64,000 nucleotides of DNA from Syntrophales bacterium (GCA_963666365.2 CAXXNF010000001.1:1344001-1408000), one strand, 5' to 3'; counted from the stretch's first letter, positions 1 through 10,059 are shown. Numbers and translations are program-made. Notes: generated by a model from the letters alone, not told the origin.

Positions 1-1
1 G

Positions 2-493
2 CTTCCCCTCTATCTTGTGGCAGATCACGGCATTCCACGACTGGAAGCAAATACGCTGATTGCGATTTCAAGAGTGAGTACGCTTTTCGTTGTTTTCATT
101 GGTGGATGGGCAACGGATCGTTTCGGGTCCCTGCGAACTTTGAAGAGTGTCTTTTTTTTCACGGGAACCGCCACAATACTGCTCGGCGTTGTTTCGGCCT
201 CGTGGATAAAGATTGTTGTCCTTATCCAGCCTGTGTTTGCCGTCTGCTTCTTCCCCGCCGGTTTTGCGGTACTTTCGTCGATTGTACCGCCCAGGAGCAG
301 GAACCTGCTGATATCACTTGTAGTTCCTGTTGCCTTTATGATCGGTGCAGGGCTTGTCCCCACCGGTATCGGCATTTTGGGAGACGCCGGTGCCTTTGAA
401 GCGGGGTTCGCCGCGGTGGGAGCCTTTATACTGGCGGGAAGCCTGCTTGTAGGCCGTGTAAAGACAAGGGACTCCCACAAAGAATCACTGTAA
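2..493 (+). CDS. MFS transporter, C-terminal part (5' end outside window)
   Basis: Frame is open from position 2 (LPLYLVADHG...). Several hydrophobic helices and an MFS motif-A-like GGWATDRFG. Confidence 0.8.
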   Translation, partial: LPLYLVADHGIPRLEANTLIAISRVSTLFVVFIGGWATDRFGSLRTLKSVFFFTGTATILLGVVSASWIKIVVLIQPVFAVCFFPAGFAVLSSIVPPRSRNLLISLVVPVAFMIGAGLVPTGIGILGDAGAFEAGFAAVGAFILAGSLLVGRVKTRDSHKESL

Positions 494-540
494 CGGTGAA
501 CAGTTTTACATTTCACTCCTAAGCCGCCGGTATGTGAACC

Positions 541-1788
541 CTAAAAGCTCGGCTTGGCCATCACTGATCCGGTATCGATTTGCTTCCCGCTTTTGCGATC
601 TTCAACTCCCGTATAAAAACTTGCCGGCGGAAGTTTTTTCGGGATTGTATCACCGCTTTTCACCATCTTCATGGCCCGCGCATCGGCAGGGCACGTGATG
701 ACGCAAAGACCACAGCCGAAACACGTATCGGGATTGACCCAGGCTTTCAGTTTCTCCTGTTTGTCAGACCCGGGGTGGTGCCGCATTTCAATGGCCCCGA
801 ATTGACAGCGCGTCACACAGACCTGACATCCGGTGCACTTGCCCGGGTCAACGGTCGCCTGATAGCAGCTCGGGGCGATCATTTTGTGAAGAGGAAACCC
901 CATCATGATGGTTGATGCGGTGGGATCGCAGCAGCACCAGTGACAGTGGCAGATCATAGTCAGGCGGGTCGGCCTGGCCTCGTTGCTCTGGGGCATGCAG
1001 ACAAGACCCGCCTCATTAGCCATATCGTGGATTTCAAGGGCCTCTTCCACGCTGATGACACGGGCCGCTCCTCGGCGCAGGTTGTGTTCGGCCACACGAT
1101 CCATGATCAGACAAACCTCGGTCGGGCTTTTGCAGGCCCGATCTCGAACCAGCCGTTTGCAGGGGCAGTGTTCGACGGCGATGGTGCTGTAAAGTGTGAG
1201 CACCGCTTCTATATTGTCTTCAGGAATAATATTTTCAACATTTTTGAGAGACTTTCTGGCCGGCATGATGCGAAAATGGGGCGGTTCTCCTGAATTCGCC
1301 ACCGATGCCAACCTCTGATAGTAGGAGGTCGGATAGGCCTCAATCTTCAAGAAGGCTTCCCACAGGTCAAAATATTCGTCTCCAAGCCGTTCGTCGTACT
1401 TGGGATTGGACTGCGAGTCCTTGGCTTGATCGGCGGTGCGGGCCCAGCGCCATCCCCGCCTGGTGGGAAAGGCAAAACCCAGTTCAAACATGTAGTGAAT
1501 ATCCTTTTTAACTCTGTCTCTGTCGGCATTGAGCTTTCTTGCCAGCGCTTCAATCTGGTAGTGCTGAGGCTGTGCTGCCAGCGCTTCTTTCGAAAGTTCC
1601 AGAACGTCGGCTATCTCATCATCGGAGATATCAAGAGCCAATGCGAGACGGGCCTGTTCAAGTGAGAAAGCCCGTTTGATGATTCGCGGCAAATACTTGG
1701 AGCCGCCAAAGTTCATATGGGCGGCCAGTTCCTGGTACTCTTTCTCCACCTCGTTCGGATTGATTGCATACTTCTTCTCTTCAGCCAT
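541..1788 (-). CDS. 4Fe-4S dicluster domain-containing protein with extra Cys-rich motifs
   Basis: C-terminal CTGCQVCVTRCQ and CFGCGLCVITCP ferredoxin motifs; central HCPCKR...C...VC and CHCHWCCCD clusters. GGGGTAAAGG upstream of the ATG. Confidence 0.8.
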   Translation of the reverse strand: MAEEKKYAINPNEVEKEYQELAAHMNFGGSKYLPRIIKRAFSLEQARLALALDISDDEIADVLELSKEALAAQPQHYQIEALARKLNADRDRVKKDIHYMFELGFAFPTRRGWRWARTADQAKDSQSNPKYDERLGDEYFDLWEAFLKIEAYPTSYYQRLASVANSGEPPHFRIMPARKSLKNVENIIPEDNIEAVLTLYSTIAVEHCPCKRLVRDRACKSPTEVCLIMDRVAEHNLRRGAARVISVEEALEIHDMANEAGLVCMPQSNEARPTRLTMICHCHWCCCDPTASTIMMGFPLHKMIAPSCYQATVDPGKCTGCQVCVTRCQFGAIEMRHHPGSDKQEKLKAWVNPDTCFGCGLCVITCPADARAMKMVKSGDTIPKKLPPASFYTGVEDRKSGKQIDTGSVMAKPSF

Positions 1789-1808
1789 TACCTTTACCCC
1801 CCTTTGTG

Positions 1809-2729
1809 TTATCCCACGTCCTGTAGTATTCGTTTTACTATTACCCCTATGTCCTCCTTTGCCTTCGAGTCCCCCAGAGGGTTCCCTTCAAGACCGGCTG
1901 CCGCAATCTCGTCATCGCTTTTGATTGCTCCCGCCTGACTGATATGTTTCAGCGCCAGGGCTTCGACCATCTTCCTTCGAGTCTCTTCCGAGGGGACCTT
2001 GTTCAGGATGGCCTTGACCATTCGCACACCGATTCCTTCCGCCATGTAGTCTATCTTTTCTGCAACTGCCATCGATTCAAAGGAGGGCTCTACTACAATC
2101 AGCACCGTATCGACGCTTTGTTCGACGCCGCGTCCGAAGCTTTCGACCCCTGCCTCGGCATCTATCAGTACTATCTCGTTATCGCCCAGAATGAGCTTGT
2201 CGATAAAATTGCGGCTCACATCGGCTAGCGAGCAGGCACACCCCTGAAAGGGATCTTCGATCTTGCCCACCATCATGAACTTGAGACCTTCCCGTTCCAC
2301 AATGTATTCCCTTGGAATGTCGGCCACGGTGAATTCTTCCCGATTTATCCATTCAGGATCGGCCTCCTCCTCGTCGATACCGAAGCGACTCAAAAGCTTC
2401 ATAAGCGGTTTCGGTTCCCGGTCGAACCCGAGAAGACGCCGGAGACCCGGGTTGGACTCATCGGTGTCGACTACAAGGACGCTCATGTTTTCATCCTGAA
2501 GCACCCGCCCCATGAGGGCGGTCACCGTACTTTTGCCTACCCCCCCTTTGCCGCAAATCGTTACTTTTTTGAACCTGCTGGTCCTGTCAGACTGCGATCT
2601 CAAGTAGGCCCGTATCGCTTCTGATGCCTTGATTCTGTCTTTTTTGTTGTCGGCGATGCAAAGACCGCAAAGAATACAGCCATCCCCGTCATAAAAAGGG
2701 CTGCCCAGAGGGCAATGAAACGTTCCCAT
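1809..2729 (-). CDS. CooC/AcsF-like (MinD/ParA family) P-loop ATPase with an N-terminal Cys-rich extension
   Basis: Deviant Walker A GKGGVGKS, GCAC metal-binding motif and DAEAGVESFGRG switch region, as in CooC. N-terminus CPLGSPFYDGDGCILCGLC. AAGGAG upstream. Confidence 0.8.
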   Translation of the reverse strand: MGTFHCPLGSPFYDGDGCILCGLCIADNKKDRIKASEAIRAYLRSQSDRTSRFKKVTICGKGGVGKSTVTALMGRVLQDENMSVLVVDTDESNPGLRRLLGFDREPKPLMKLLSRFGIDEEEADPEWINREEFTVADIPREYIVEREGLKFMMVGKIEDPFQGCACSLADVSRNFIDKLILGDNEIVLIDAEAGVESFGRGVEQSVDTVLIVVEPSFESMAVAEKIDYMAEGIGVRMVKAILNKVPSEETRRKMVEALALKHISQAGAIKSDDEIAAAGLEGNPLGDSKAKEDIGVIVKRILQDVG

Positions 2730-2765
2730 CTCAACTGTGTGCTCCTTAAATATGAATGTATTTGA

Positions 2766-2794
2766 ACTCTAAAAAAAAGAAACCGCCCTGTCAA
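2766..2794 (-). promoter_or_regulatory. Putative sigma70 promoter for the CooC-like/Fe-S pair
   Basis: Minus strand TTGACA (2794-2789), 17 nt spacer, TAGAGT (2771-2766). Confidence 0.5.
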
Positions 2795-2953
2795 CGACAA
2801 ACACATTCGCCGGCACTATTGCGACGCGCAACGGGAATAGGCAACCATACAGTCATTACAAAGCACGATAGTATTTGTGCATCATATCGGTTGACCGGCG
2901 AATCGGATTCGAGTAAACATTGCCTTACTGTAACGAACAAAGGAGGAGAATTC

Positions 2954-3562
2954 ATGGAAAACAAAAATGATCGGCCGAAGGTGCTCGCTCTGCTGGGAAG
3001 CCCGCGTAAAAACGGCAACAGTGCCGCTCTTGCCGGACAAATTATCGCCGGAGCGGAATCGGCGGGAGTGAAAACCGAGACGATTCACCTTCATCGTCTC
3101 GAAATATCCCCCTGTCGCGCCTGCTATACCTGCCAGAAAAAGGACAGCGCCGGCTGTGCAATCGACGATGATATGCAGTCCCTCTATCCCAAGTTAATAG
3201 AAGCGGGGGGCTGGGTTTTGGCCTGTCCTGTATACTGGTTTTCCATGTGTGCCCAGATGAAACTGTTTATGGATCGCCTTTTCGGGCTTGTTGCTTACGA
3301 CCGTGATCCCTTTCGTCGGAAACATATCGCCATTGCAATGAGTTACGGAGACACGGACCCCTTTTCTTCCGGGTGCGTGAATGCATTGCGCACCTTTCAG
3401 GATGCCTTTCGATACACCGGTTCCCGCATCGTAGGGATGGTCTATGGCAGCGCCCTCGAACCAGGGGAAATTGCCACCAACACATCTCTAATGAACGAAG
3501 CAGAGGAGATGGGCAGAAAGCTGGGATCACGCCTCTTGGCCCCATCGTCTTCTGTGCGGTAA
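2954..3562 (+). CDS. Flavodoxin-family / iron-sulfur flavoprotein (Isf-like, NADPH-dependent FMN reductase fold)
   Basis: GSPRKNGNS FMN-phosphate loop, compact CX2CX2CX7C motif (CRACYTCQKKDSAGC), PVYW. Start moved to ATG 2954 after AGGAGGAG. Confidence 0.85.
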   Translation: MENKNDRPKVLALLGSPRKNGNSAALAGQIIAGAESAGVKTETIHLHRLEISPCRACYTCQKKDSAGCAIDDDMQSLYPKLIEAGGWVLACPVYWFSMCAQMKLFMDRLFGLVAYDRDPFRRKHIAIAMSYGDTDPFSSGCVNALRTFQDAFRYTGSRIVGMVYGSALEPGEIATNTSLMNEAEEMGRKLGSRLLAPSSSVR

Positions 3563-3802
3563 GAAGTACCCGAAGGCCGGTGCCGGACACAGAGTCCAGT
3601 GAGGATAAATATAATAAATTCATAACATTATGCCAACAAAAGGGAGGTATGTTCCAAAGGTGAATTACACTATTATGGCTGCCGTTATTGAGTGATAATT
3701 AATCTTTTCTGGGATTTTTTTGTAATCCTCCAAAAAGTAAAACCGATACATCATGCTGTAATTGTTTGGCTATTGGTTGTCCGGTATGGTTTCAAAAATA
3801 TC

Positions 3803-3831
3803 TTGACATAAAAATAAAGATTCGATAGCAT
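3803..3831 (+). promoter_or_regulatory. Putative sigma70 promoter for the ABC transporter operon
   Basis: TTGACA (3803-3808), 17 nt spacer, TAGCAT (3826-3831), in an AT-rich context. Confidence 0.55.
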
Positions 3832-4024
3832 TTTTCCGTCTTTGTTTTTTGTTTTTTTTGAGGGGGGTTCAAATGTCGTGCGCTTTCTGATGCAGGGGAG
3901 CACAGAGAGGCGCATATTCAATTTTATGTCTTACCTTTAAGAGTTTCACTACATATTCGGAGAGTAAAAAGGCAGTGTGTTGTATCCTTTTGAGCGAATA
4001 GTTCGTGATGAAGGGTCAAGGACG

Positions 4025-4120
4025 CTGAGAAACGTCACTTTTCGTGTGTGCACAGTGCTTCCCGCGCTCAGATTGTAAGGGGGCTTTTCCCACACCACAG
4101 TGAATAGTGACGTTCCTCAG
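4025..4120. repeat. Long imperfect inverted repeat in the leader of the ABC operon
   Basis: CTGAGAAACGTCACT (4025-4039) vs AGTGACGTTCCTCAG (4106-4120), 14/15 complementary; pairing extends inward (TTCGTGTGTG / CACACCACAGTGAA). Confidence 0.8.
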
Positions 4121-4164
4121 ATTGTTGCAATACCGTCCATTGCATCAATGAAGGGAGTTGGTTC

Positions 4165-5031
4165 ATGGAACTGCTCATCATTGGCACCATTAGAGGCGCC
4201 CTTTATTCTCTAATTGCCGTAGGTTTCGTACTTATATTCAGCGTCGGCGGAATTCTCAATCTCGCACACGGCACCTTTTACATGCTGGGGGCATACTTAA
4301 CGTACATCTTTTTCGTCCTCGTCTTTGGCGGATCGGGCGGCAGCGTAATGCTTGTTGTGTCGGTGATCTGCTCCGTGCTCTGCGTCGGTTTTATTTCCTG
4401 TCTTGTATACAAAGTCATTCTGAAGCCTCATATTGAGAATCTGATTTACGTCATGGTCATGACCCTTGCACTTGCGCTCTTTGTAAGTGAAATCATGTCC
4501 CTGCTGTTTGGGGTTACCGGCACCTATGTTCCCAGTCTTGTGGAGGGAAGCGTTGTTGTGTTCGGAGTGCGGGTAATTATTCAGCAGCTTATTCTCATTC
4601 CCATTGCGCTCGTGATGCTCCCGGCCCTTTGGATTTTTTTAAAAAGGACAAATTTAGGAAGGGGCATCGATGCAGTTGCACAGGAAAGAACGGGCGCCGT
4701 ACTTATGGGAGTGAGCGTCGAAAACGCCACCATGATTACCTCCGGTCTCAGTGCCGGATTTGCGGCACTGGCAGGGGCGCTTATCGCTCCTGTGTCCTCG
4801 GTCGTTCCCGAAATGTGGCTTTTCCCCCTTATTAAGGCCTTTGCCATCACCATCCTTGGAGGCATCGGGTCGCTTGTGGGGAGCATTATTGCGTCCTTTA
4901 TTCTTGCCTATGCGGAAGTCCTGAGTTCGTTTTTTATTATGGAGCAGCTTTCGGATCTGATCGCACTGGTCGTCATTGTGCTGGTTCTTCTCTTCAAGCC
5001 GTCAGGCATTATGGGATATAAACTGGGGTGA
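4165..5031 (+). CDS. HAAT-family (branched-chain amino acid type) ABC transporter permease, LivH-like
   Basis: ALYSLIAVGFVLIFSVGGILNLAHG, GRGIDAVAQ...A.LMGV, ILGGIGS; highly hydrophobic. Confidence 0.9.
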   Translation: MELLIIGTIRGALYSLIAVGFVLIFSVGGILNLAHGTFYMLGAYLTYIFFVLVFGGSGGSVMLVVSVICSVLCVGFISCLVYKVILKPHIENLIYVMVMTLALALFVSEIMSLLFGVTGTYVPSLVEGSVVVFGVRVIIQQLILIPIALVMLPALWIFLKRTNLGRGIDAVAQERTGAVLMGVSVENATMITSGLSAGFAALAGALIAPVSSVVPEMWLFPLIKAFAITILGGIGSLVGSIIASFILAYAEVLSSFFIMEQLSDLIALVVIVLVLLFKPSGIMGYKLG

Positions 5032-6014
5032 GGCATATGCACGTCCAATCAAGGCTAATTTCGGTAACCAGGGCTCAATCACCGGCCGCAATGGCCCTTT
5101 TCGTGGTATTGGCGCTTTTCTCATTTTTCAGTGACAACATCTTTTACATAGAAGTGATACAACTGGCTGCAATTTATGCGATATTTGCAATGAGTTGGGA
5201 TATACTCACCGGATATACGCACGAAGTGAATTTCGGCTTTGCCTTTTTTGTCGGCGGGGCAGGGTATCTGTCGGGGATCCTGAACTCGTTCTTGTCGTTT
5301 TCGCCGTTTCTGGCAATACCGCTTGCTGCTGCGGTTGCCGGGATCACAGGGATCATCATAGGGTATCTCACTCTCCGCCTCAATGGCCCCTATTTCTCCA
5401 TGGCAACGCTGGCATTCGCCTCAATCTTATTTAAATTAAGTTTTGTGTTTTACAAGATAACCGGTGGTGAAGAAGGGATATCCAGCCTTGATCCCCTTAC
5501 CGAAAGCGTGAAATCGGGAGTGTTTGTGGTTCTTGCCGTAACGCTCTGCGTGTATTTCCTTCTGACTCTCTATGCCCGATCGAAGCGGGGAACAATTCTC
5601 AAGGCAATTCGTGCCAGTGAAGACGCCGCGAAATCCTCGGGTATCAATACCGCCTATTATAAAATAGAAGCATTCGCCATCAGCGGTTTTATGGCGGGCA
5701 TCGGCGGAGGGGTGTTTGCCCATTCTCAGATGGCGATAGGTCCCACAATGCTGTCGGGCTACATATCCATTATTGTGGTGCTCATCGCCGTTATCGGCGG
5801 CATGGGAACCATCGCCGGTCCCTTGATCAGCGCCGTCATTCTTTCCGTTATAAATGAATATTTGAGAATAGTTGAGGAATATAGAATAGTTATATATACG
5901 GGTCTCTTGATTGTGCTTATTTATGTCGCACCGGAGGGACTGTTGAATTTAAAGATAATGAAACGCTCGCGATTGGTATCGTATTTCTTTCTTGGGAACA
6001 GGAACAACACATGA
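5028..6014 (+). CDS. HAAT-family ABC transporter permease, LivM-like
   Basis: LRLNGPYFSMATLAF, TGGEEGI, AIRASEDAA..SGIN, IGGMGTIAGP. GTGA overlap with the previous stop (ATG 5037 is an alternative start). Confidence 0.9.
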   Translation: MRHMHVQSRLISVTRAQSPAAMALFVVLALFSFFSDNIFYIEVIQLAAIYAIFAMSWDILTGYTHEVNFGFAFFVGGAGYLSGILNSFLSFSPFLAIPLAAAVAGITGIIIGYLTLRLNGPYFSMATLAFASILFKLSFVFYKITGGEEGISSLDPLTESVKSGVFVVLAVTLCVYFLLTLYARSKRGTILKAIRASEDAAKSSGINTAYYKIEAFAISGFMAGIGGGVFAHSQMAIGPTMLSGYISIIVVLIAVIGGMGTIAGPLISAVILSVINEYLRIVEEYRIVIYTGLLIVLIYVAPEGLLNLKIMKRSRLVSYFFLGNRNNT

Positions 6015-6760
6015 GTCTTCTTCACATTGCGGGATTGACGAAAAGATTCGGCGGCCTTCAAGCCCTTAATGAAATAACGATCACTGTTGAAGCCGGTGAA
6101 ATTGTGGGGGTTATCGGGCCGAACGGGGCGGGCAAGACCACATTGTTTAACTGTATAACCGGGTTCATGAAATTTGATGCGGGATCAATCAGGTTCAACA
6201 ATCGAAACATCGCCCGCAAGCAGCCCCATGAAATCGTGAATCTCGGTTTTACGCGCACCTGGCAGTTGCTGAAACCCTTCTTCGGAATGAAGGTGATGGA
6301 ATCAATGATGCTGCCCTACTATTCAAAATCACCCCGCCTGAAAAGGATTGCCAGAACGCAGTATCTCTCAACGGTAGATGAGATCCTGTCGGATATGGGG
6401 CTTGGTGAAAAAAGAACGGCCGAGATCGATGATCTGAATCAGGGTGAATTACGGCTTCTCGATATATCCCGTGCCCTGGCGACATTTCCATCGGTGCTGC
6501 TCCTGGACGAGCCGTTTTCAGGATTATCTCAAAAGGAAATTCTGAATATCGGCGGAGTGATCCGCACGATGAATGCACGAGGCCTGACCGTGATTATTAT
6601 CGAACATCGACTTCGAGAACTTATGAAACTGGCGGAAAAAATAATCGTGATCAACTTCGGCCAAAAAATAGCGGAGGGAAATCCTGAATATATCGTTCAG
6701 GAACCGCAGGTAATAGAAGCGTACCTGGGAAAGAAGGGGATCAATCTTGTCACTGCTTGA
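6011..6760 (+). CDS. HAAT-family ABC transporter ATP-binding protein, LivG-like
   Basis: KRFGGLQAL, Walker A GPNGAGKTT, LLLDEP, IEH, C-terminal VIEAYLG. Confidence 0.92.
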   Translation: MSLLHIAGLTKRFGGLQALNEITITVEAGEIVGVIGPNGAGKTTLFNCITGFMKFDAGSIRFNNRNIARKQPHEIVNLGFTRTWQLLKPFFGMKVMESMMLPYYSKSPRLKRIARTQYLSTVDEILSDMGLGEKRTAEIDDLNQGELRLLDISRALATFPSVLLLDEPFSGLSQKEILNIGGVIRTMNARGLTVIIIEHRLRELMKLAEKIIVINFGQKIAEGNPEYIVQEPQVIEAYLGKKGINLVTA

Positions 6761-7457
6761 GATCAAACATCTTAGAGCCGCTTATCACGATATAGAGGTG
6801 CTTCATGGCCTGAATCTCTCGATGGATAACGGCGACTTTGTTGCCGTTATCGGCAGTAACGGGGCGGGAAAGACCACTTTTCTGCGCGCAATTTCACGAC
6901 TTGTGTCGGCAAGGGGGAGCATCCTCTTTCAGGGGAATGAAATTCTCACGCTCAATCCCCGTGATGTCATAAAGGGAGGAATCATTCACTGTCCTGAAGG
7001 ACGGCTTCTGTTTCCGAATATGACAGTCTATAACAATCTTCTCATGGGCGCTTTTTTGCGACGTGATAGAAATTCCATTTCAAATGATCTCGACCGTGTG
7101 TTTGCCTATCTGCCGGTGTTGTGGGATCGCAAAAATCAGTTGGCGGGGACTCTGTCAGGCGGAGAGCAGCAGATGCTGGCCGTAGGAAGGGCGATTATGG
7201 GACAGCCCGTTCTTCTCACCCTCGATGAACCCTCTTTCGGATTGGCGCCCATGGTTATAGAATCGATTTTCGAAGTGGTACAAAAACTAAACGACGAGGG
7301 TGTCGCGATTCTTCTTGTCGAGCAAAATGCGGCCCTCGCCCTCGATCTTTCATCATATGCCTATGTGCTGGAACAGGGGCAAATCATCAACCAGGGGGAG
7401 AGCGTTGTACTTACCGAAGATCCTTCAGTGACTGAAGCATATCTTGGTATGAACTGA
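6747..7457 (+). CDS. HAAT-family ABC transporter ATP-binding protein, LivF-like
   Basis: GSNGAGKTT, PEGR.LFP.MTV..NL.MG, LSGGEQQMLA, LDEPS.GLAP, LVEQN. Confidence 0.92.
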   Translation: MSLLEIKHLRAAYHDIEVLHGLNLSMDNGDFVAVIGSNGAGKTTFLRAISRLVSARGSILFQGNEILTLNPRDVIKGGIIHCPEGRLLFPNMTVYNNLLMGAFLRRDRNSISNDLDRVFAYLPVLWDRKNQLAGTLSGGEQQMLAVGRAIMGQPVLLTLDEPSFGLAPMVIESIFEVVQKLNDEGVAILLVEQNAALALDLSSYAYVLEQGQIINQGESVVLTEDPSVTEAYLGMN

Positions 7458-7543
7458 GTATGACAGGAGAAAGGAGGTGTCCATATTTTACCGTAAGCGT
7501 GCAAGGGGGATGAATAATACAGTACATATAAGGAGGGGAGAGT

Positions 7544-8767
7544 ATGAAGATAAAACAGTGCGTACTATCGATAGTGTGTCTTTGTGTGATGTTGGGTGTG
7601 TGCTTTTGTGCCAACCCGGTGATGGCGGCCGATACGCTCAAGATCGGCCTCATCACTCCCTTTAAAACCACCTCGGGTGAAATCATGATCAACGCGGCAA
7701 AGCTCGCCACGGAAGACATCAATGCCGCGGGCGGCATCCTGGGCAAAAAGGTCGAGCTGATTCTGGGGAATACAGAATACAAACCTGAAAAAGGGGCGAT
7801 GGCCTACAAAAAGCTGGTTCTTCAGGATAAGTGCGATGCTGTGATCGGAACCAATTCGTCGGGGGTTGCCAAATCCGTGATGGACCAGATGGCCCGTTAC
7901 AAAAAGGTGTTCATTTCTACGGGCGCCGCATCCGAAGCGCTCAGCGATACCTATTTTGCAGATAAGGAGAAATATAAATACTGGTTCCGGGTGATGCATC
8001 TTTCCCAGGAACTTTCCAGTGCCAGTCTTGACTTTGTCTATAACATTCCTGTGCTGAAAATGGGCGCGAAACGCATGGCCATAATAGCGGAAAACGCCCT
8101 ATGGACAAGGGGAATTGTGGCAAATGCCGAGAAATTTTTCAAAGAGAAGGGACTCGAAGTCGTCTACTCCGAATTTTTTGATACGGAGACGAAAGATTTT
8201 ACCACTATATTGACAAAAATCATGAACGCGAAGGCTCATTACATTTATGAGGTGTCCGCACATGTTGATGGATCGATCTACATAAAGCAGTGGTATGATC
8301 TCAAGGGTCCCATGATAGGCGGTGTGTCGGGCACAAGCGCTACCGATCGCTATTGGCAGGACAGCGCCGGAAAGGCGGTCAGTGAAACCAATTTATGCAT
8401 GGGCGCGGCCCCCGTACTCTACACAAACAAATCAAAAGCCTACTATGAGCGGTATCAAAAAAGTTTCAATGCCGCGTCCGCATACCCCGGCGGTTACACC
8501 TACGATGCCTTTTATGTCTATAAGGCAGCCGTCGAAAAGGCGGGAACCACCGATTCGGACAAGGTTGTGCAGGCGCTTGAAAAAACCGACTGGGTGGGAG
8601 TTGCCGGCAGATGGGTCTTCGATGATCACCATAATTCAATCTATGGAGAAGGCTATCGCCAGCTTCCGATGGTGCAGTTTCAGAAAGACGGAAGCAGGGA
8701 AGTGGTATGGCCCAAGAATCTGGCAACGGCAGAATTTTTTGTGCTGCCCTGGCAGGCGGTTAAATAG
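7544..8767 (+). CDS. ABC transporter substrate-binding protein (periplasmic binding protein type 1)
   Basis: Signal peptide ending VMA/AD, TLKIGL, INAAGGILGKKVEL. Strong SD AAGGAGG. Confidence 0.9.
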   Translation: MKIKQCVLSIVCLCVMLGVCFCANPVMAADTLKIGLITPFKTTSGEIMINAAKLATEDINAAGGILGKKVELILGNTEYKPEKGAMAYKKLVLQDKCDAVIGTNSSGVAKSVMDQMARYKKVFISTGAASEALSDTYFADKEKYKYWFRVMHLSQELSSASLDFVYNIPVLKMGAKRMAIIAENALWTRGIVANAEKFFKEKGLEVVYSEFFDTETKDFTTILTKIMNAKAHYIYEVSAHVDGSIYIKQWYDLKGPMIGGVSGTSATDRYWQDSAGKAVSETNLCMGAAPVLYTNKSKAYYERYQKSFNAASAYPGGYTYDAFYVYKAAVEKAGTTDSDKVVQALEKTDWVGVAGRWVFDDHHNSIYGEGYRQLPMVQFQKDGSREVVWPKNLATAEFFVLPWQAVK

Positions 8768-8829
8768 AAATTTAACAGCAGGTCCATACATGCCGTGCCT
8801 GTTGGAACGGATGCAAGGAGGATGATGGT

Positions 8830-10059
8830 ATGAGAAAGACTATCGGAATAATTTTTGTTGCCGTTGCAATGTGTTTTCTTGTGACAATTCCTGTGTGGGG
8901 TGCAGACGCCGCACCCATCAAAATAGGATTTTTGCATAGCCTGAGCGGAGGAATCGGTCAGATATACGGAATTCCCGACCTTGCCGGGGCGGAAATTGCG
9001 GTCAGAGAGATCAACGCAAAGGGGGGTGTTTTAGGAAGAAAATTGGAGATAGTATCGAGAGATGACAAACTGAATCCGGAGGTAGGCGTCAGACAGGCCA
9101 AGGATCTGATCCTCAATGAAAAAGTCGACTGGATACAGGGCACTATCAGCAGTTCGGTTGCGCTGGCCGTTTCTGCCTACTGCGGACAGGAGAAAGTGCT
9201 CTTTATTGATACCAATGCACAGTCCGCCGCAATAACAGGTGAAAAAGGCCATCGTTATGTGTTCAGAATAAGCACGAATACCAGCAACTATACCTCTTCC
9301 GTGGCCCATGCCGTGGCAAAGTATTGGCCGGGCCTGAAAAAGGTCTTTGTAATCGGACCCGATTACGAATACGGCCATCGGTCCCACAAGGATTTTATGG
9401 ATACCTACACAAAGCTTGTGCCCGGTGCGACGGTGATAGGTGAACTGTGGCCGAAACTGGGCAACAAAGACTGGACCGCCTACATCTCCAAAATTATGAA
9501 TTCAGGAGCCGATTTCGTGTATTGCGCACTCTGGGGAGGCGATGTGTTGTCCTTTACAAAAACGGCCTATGGATTCGGATATTTCAAAAGAATAAAGCAC
9601 GCGGGACAGGATTGGGGAAACATCGAAGTTCTGGCAAAAATGACCAAAGATACCTATCCCAAGGGTGTGCTTGGGGGAAGCCACTATCCTTTCTGGCTTC
9701 TTGACAATCCCATCAACAATGCCTTCTGGCCACAAGTAAAAGAAGAAACAAAGGGGATGTACCCCGGTCTGGGCGCCACCTGTTCCTATGCGACAGTGTA
9801 TGCAATGAAAGCGGCAATTGAGAAGACCGGCACGGTCGACATAGAAAAAATTATAGACGCCCTTGAGGGTCTTTCCTTCAATGCACCTGTGGGCAAGGTA
9901 ACGATCAGGGCATGCGACCATCAGGCCATGTGGCCCTTTTGGGTAGGCAAAGTCAGTACCAGCGACACACTTCCCTGGCCCCATATTACCGACGCGGTGC
10001 TGCTTGATCCGGAAAAGGGGTATCAAACCTGTGAGGAAATTGCCGCGGAAAGAAAGTAA
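8830..10059 (+). CDS. ABC transporter substrate-binding protein (periplasmic binding protein type 1), second copy
   Basis: Signal peptide, PIKIG, EINAKGGVLGRKLEIVSRDD, PDYEYG, RACDHQ. SD AAGGAGG. Confidence 0.9.
   Translation: MRKTIGIIFVAVAMCFLVTIPVWGADAAPIKIGFLHSLSGGIGQIYGIPDLAGAEIAVREINAKGGVLGRKLEIVSRDDKLNPEVGVRQAKDLILNEKVDWIQGTISSSVALAVSAYCGQEKVLFIDTNAQSAAITGEKGHRYVFRISTNTSNYTSSVAHAVAKYWPGLKKVFVIGPDYEYGHRSHKDFMDTYTKLVPGATVIGELWPKLGNKDWTAYISKIMNSGADFVYCALWGGDVLSFTKTAYGFGYFKRIKHAGQDWGNIEVLAKMTKDTYPKGVLGGSHYPFWLLDNPINNAFWPQVKEETKGMYPGLGATCSYATVYAMKAAIEKTGTVDIEKIIDALEGLSFNAPVGKVTIRACDHQAMWPFWVGKVSTSDTLPWPHITDAVLLDPEKGYQTCEEIAAERK

Noticed and set aside
7477..7665. 62-aa ORF with an AGGAGG upstream
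   Set aside because: Overlaps the substrate-binding protein gene out of frame and has no protein-like features; a translated leader peptide cannot be excluded but is unsupported.
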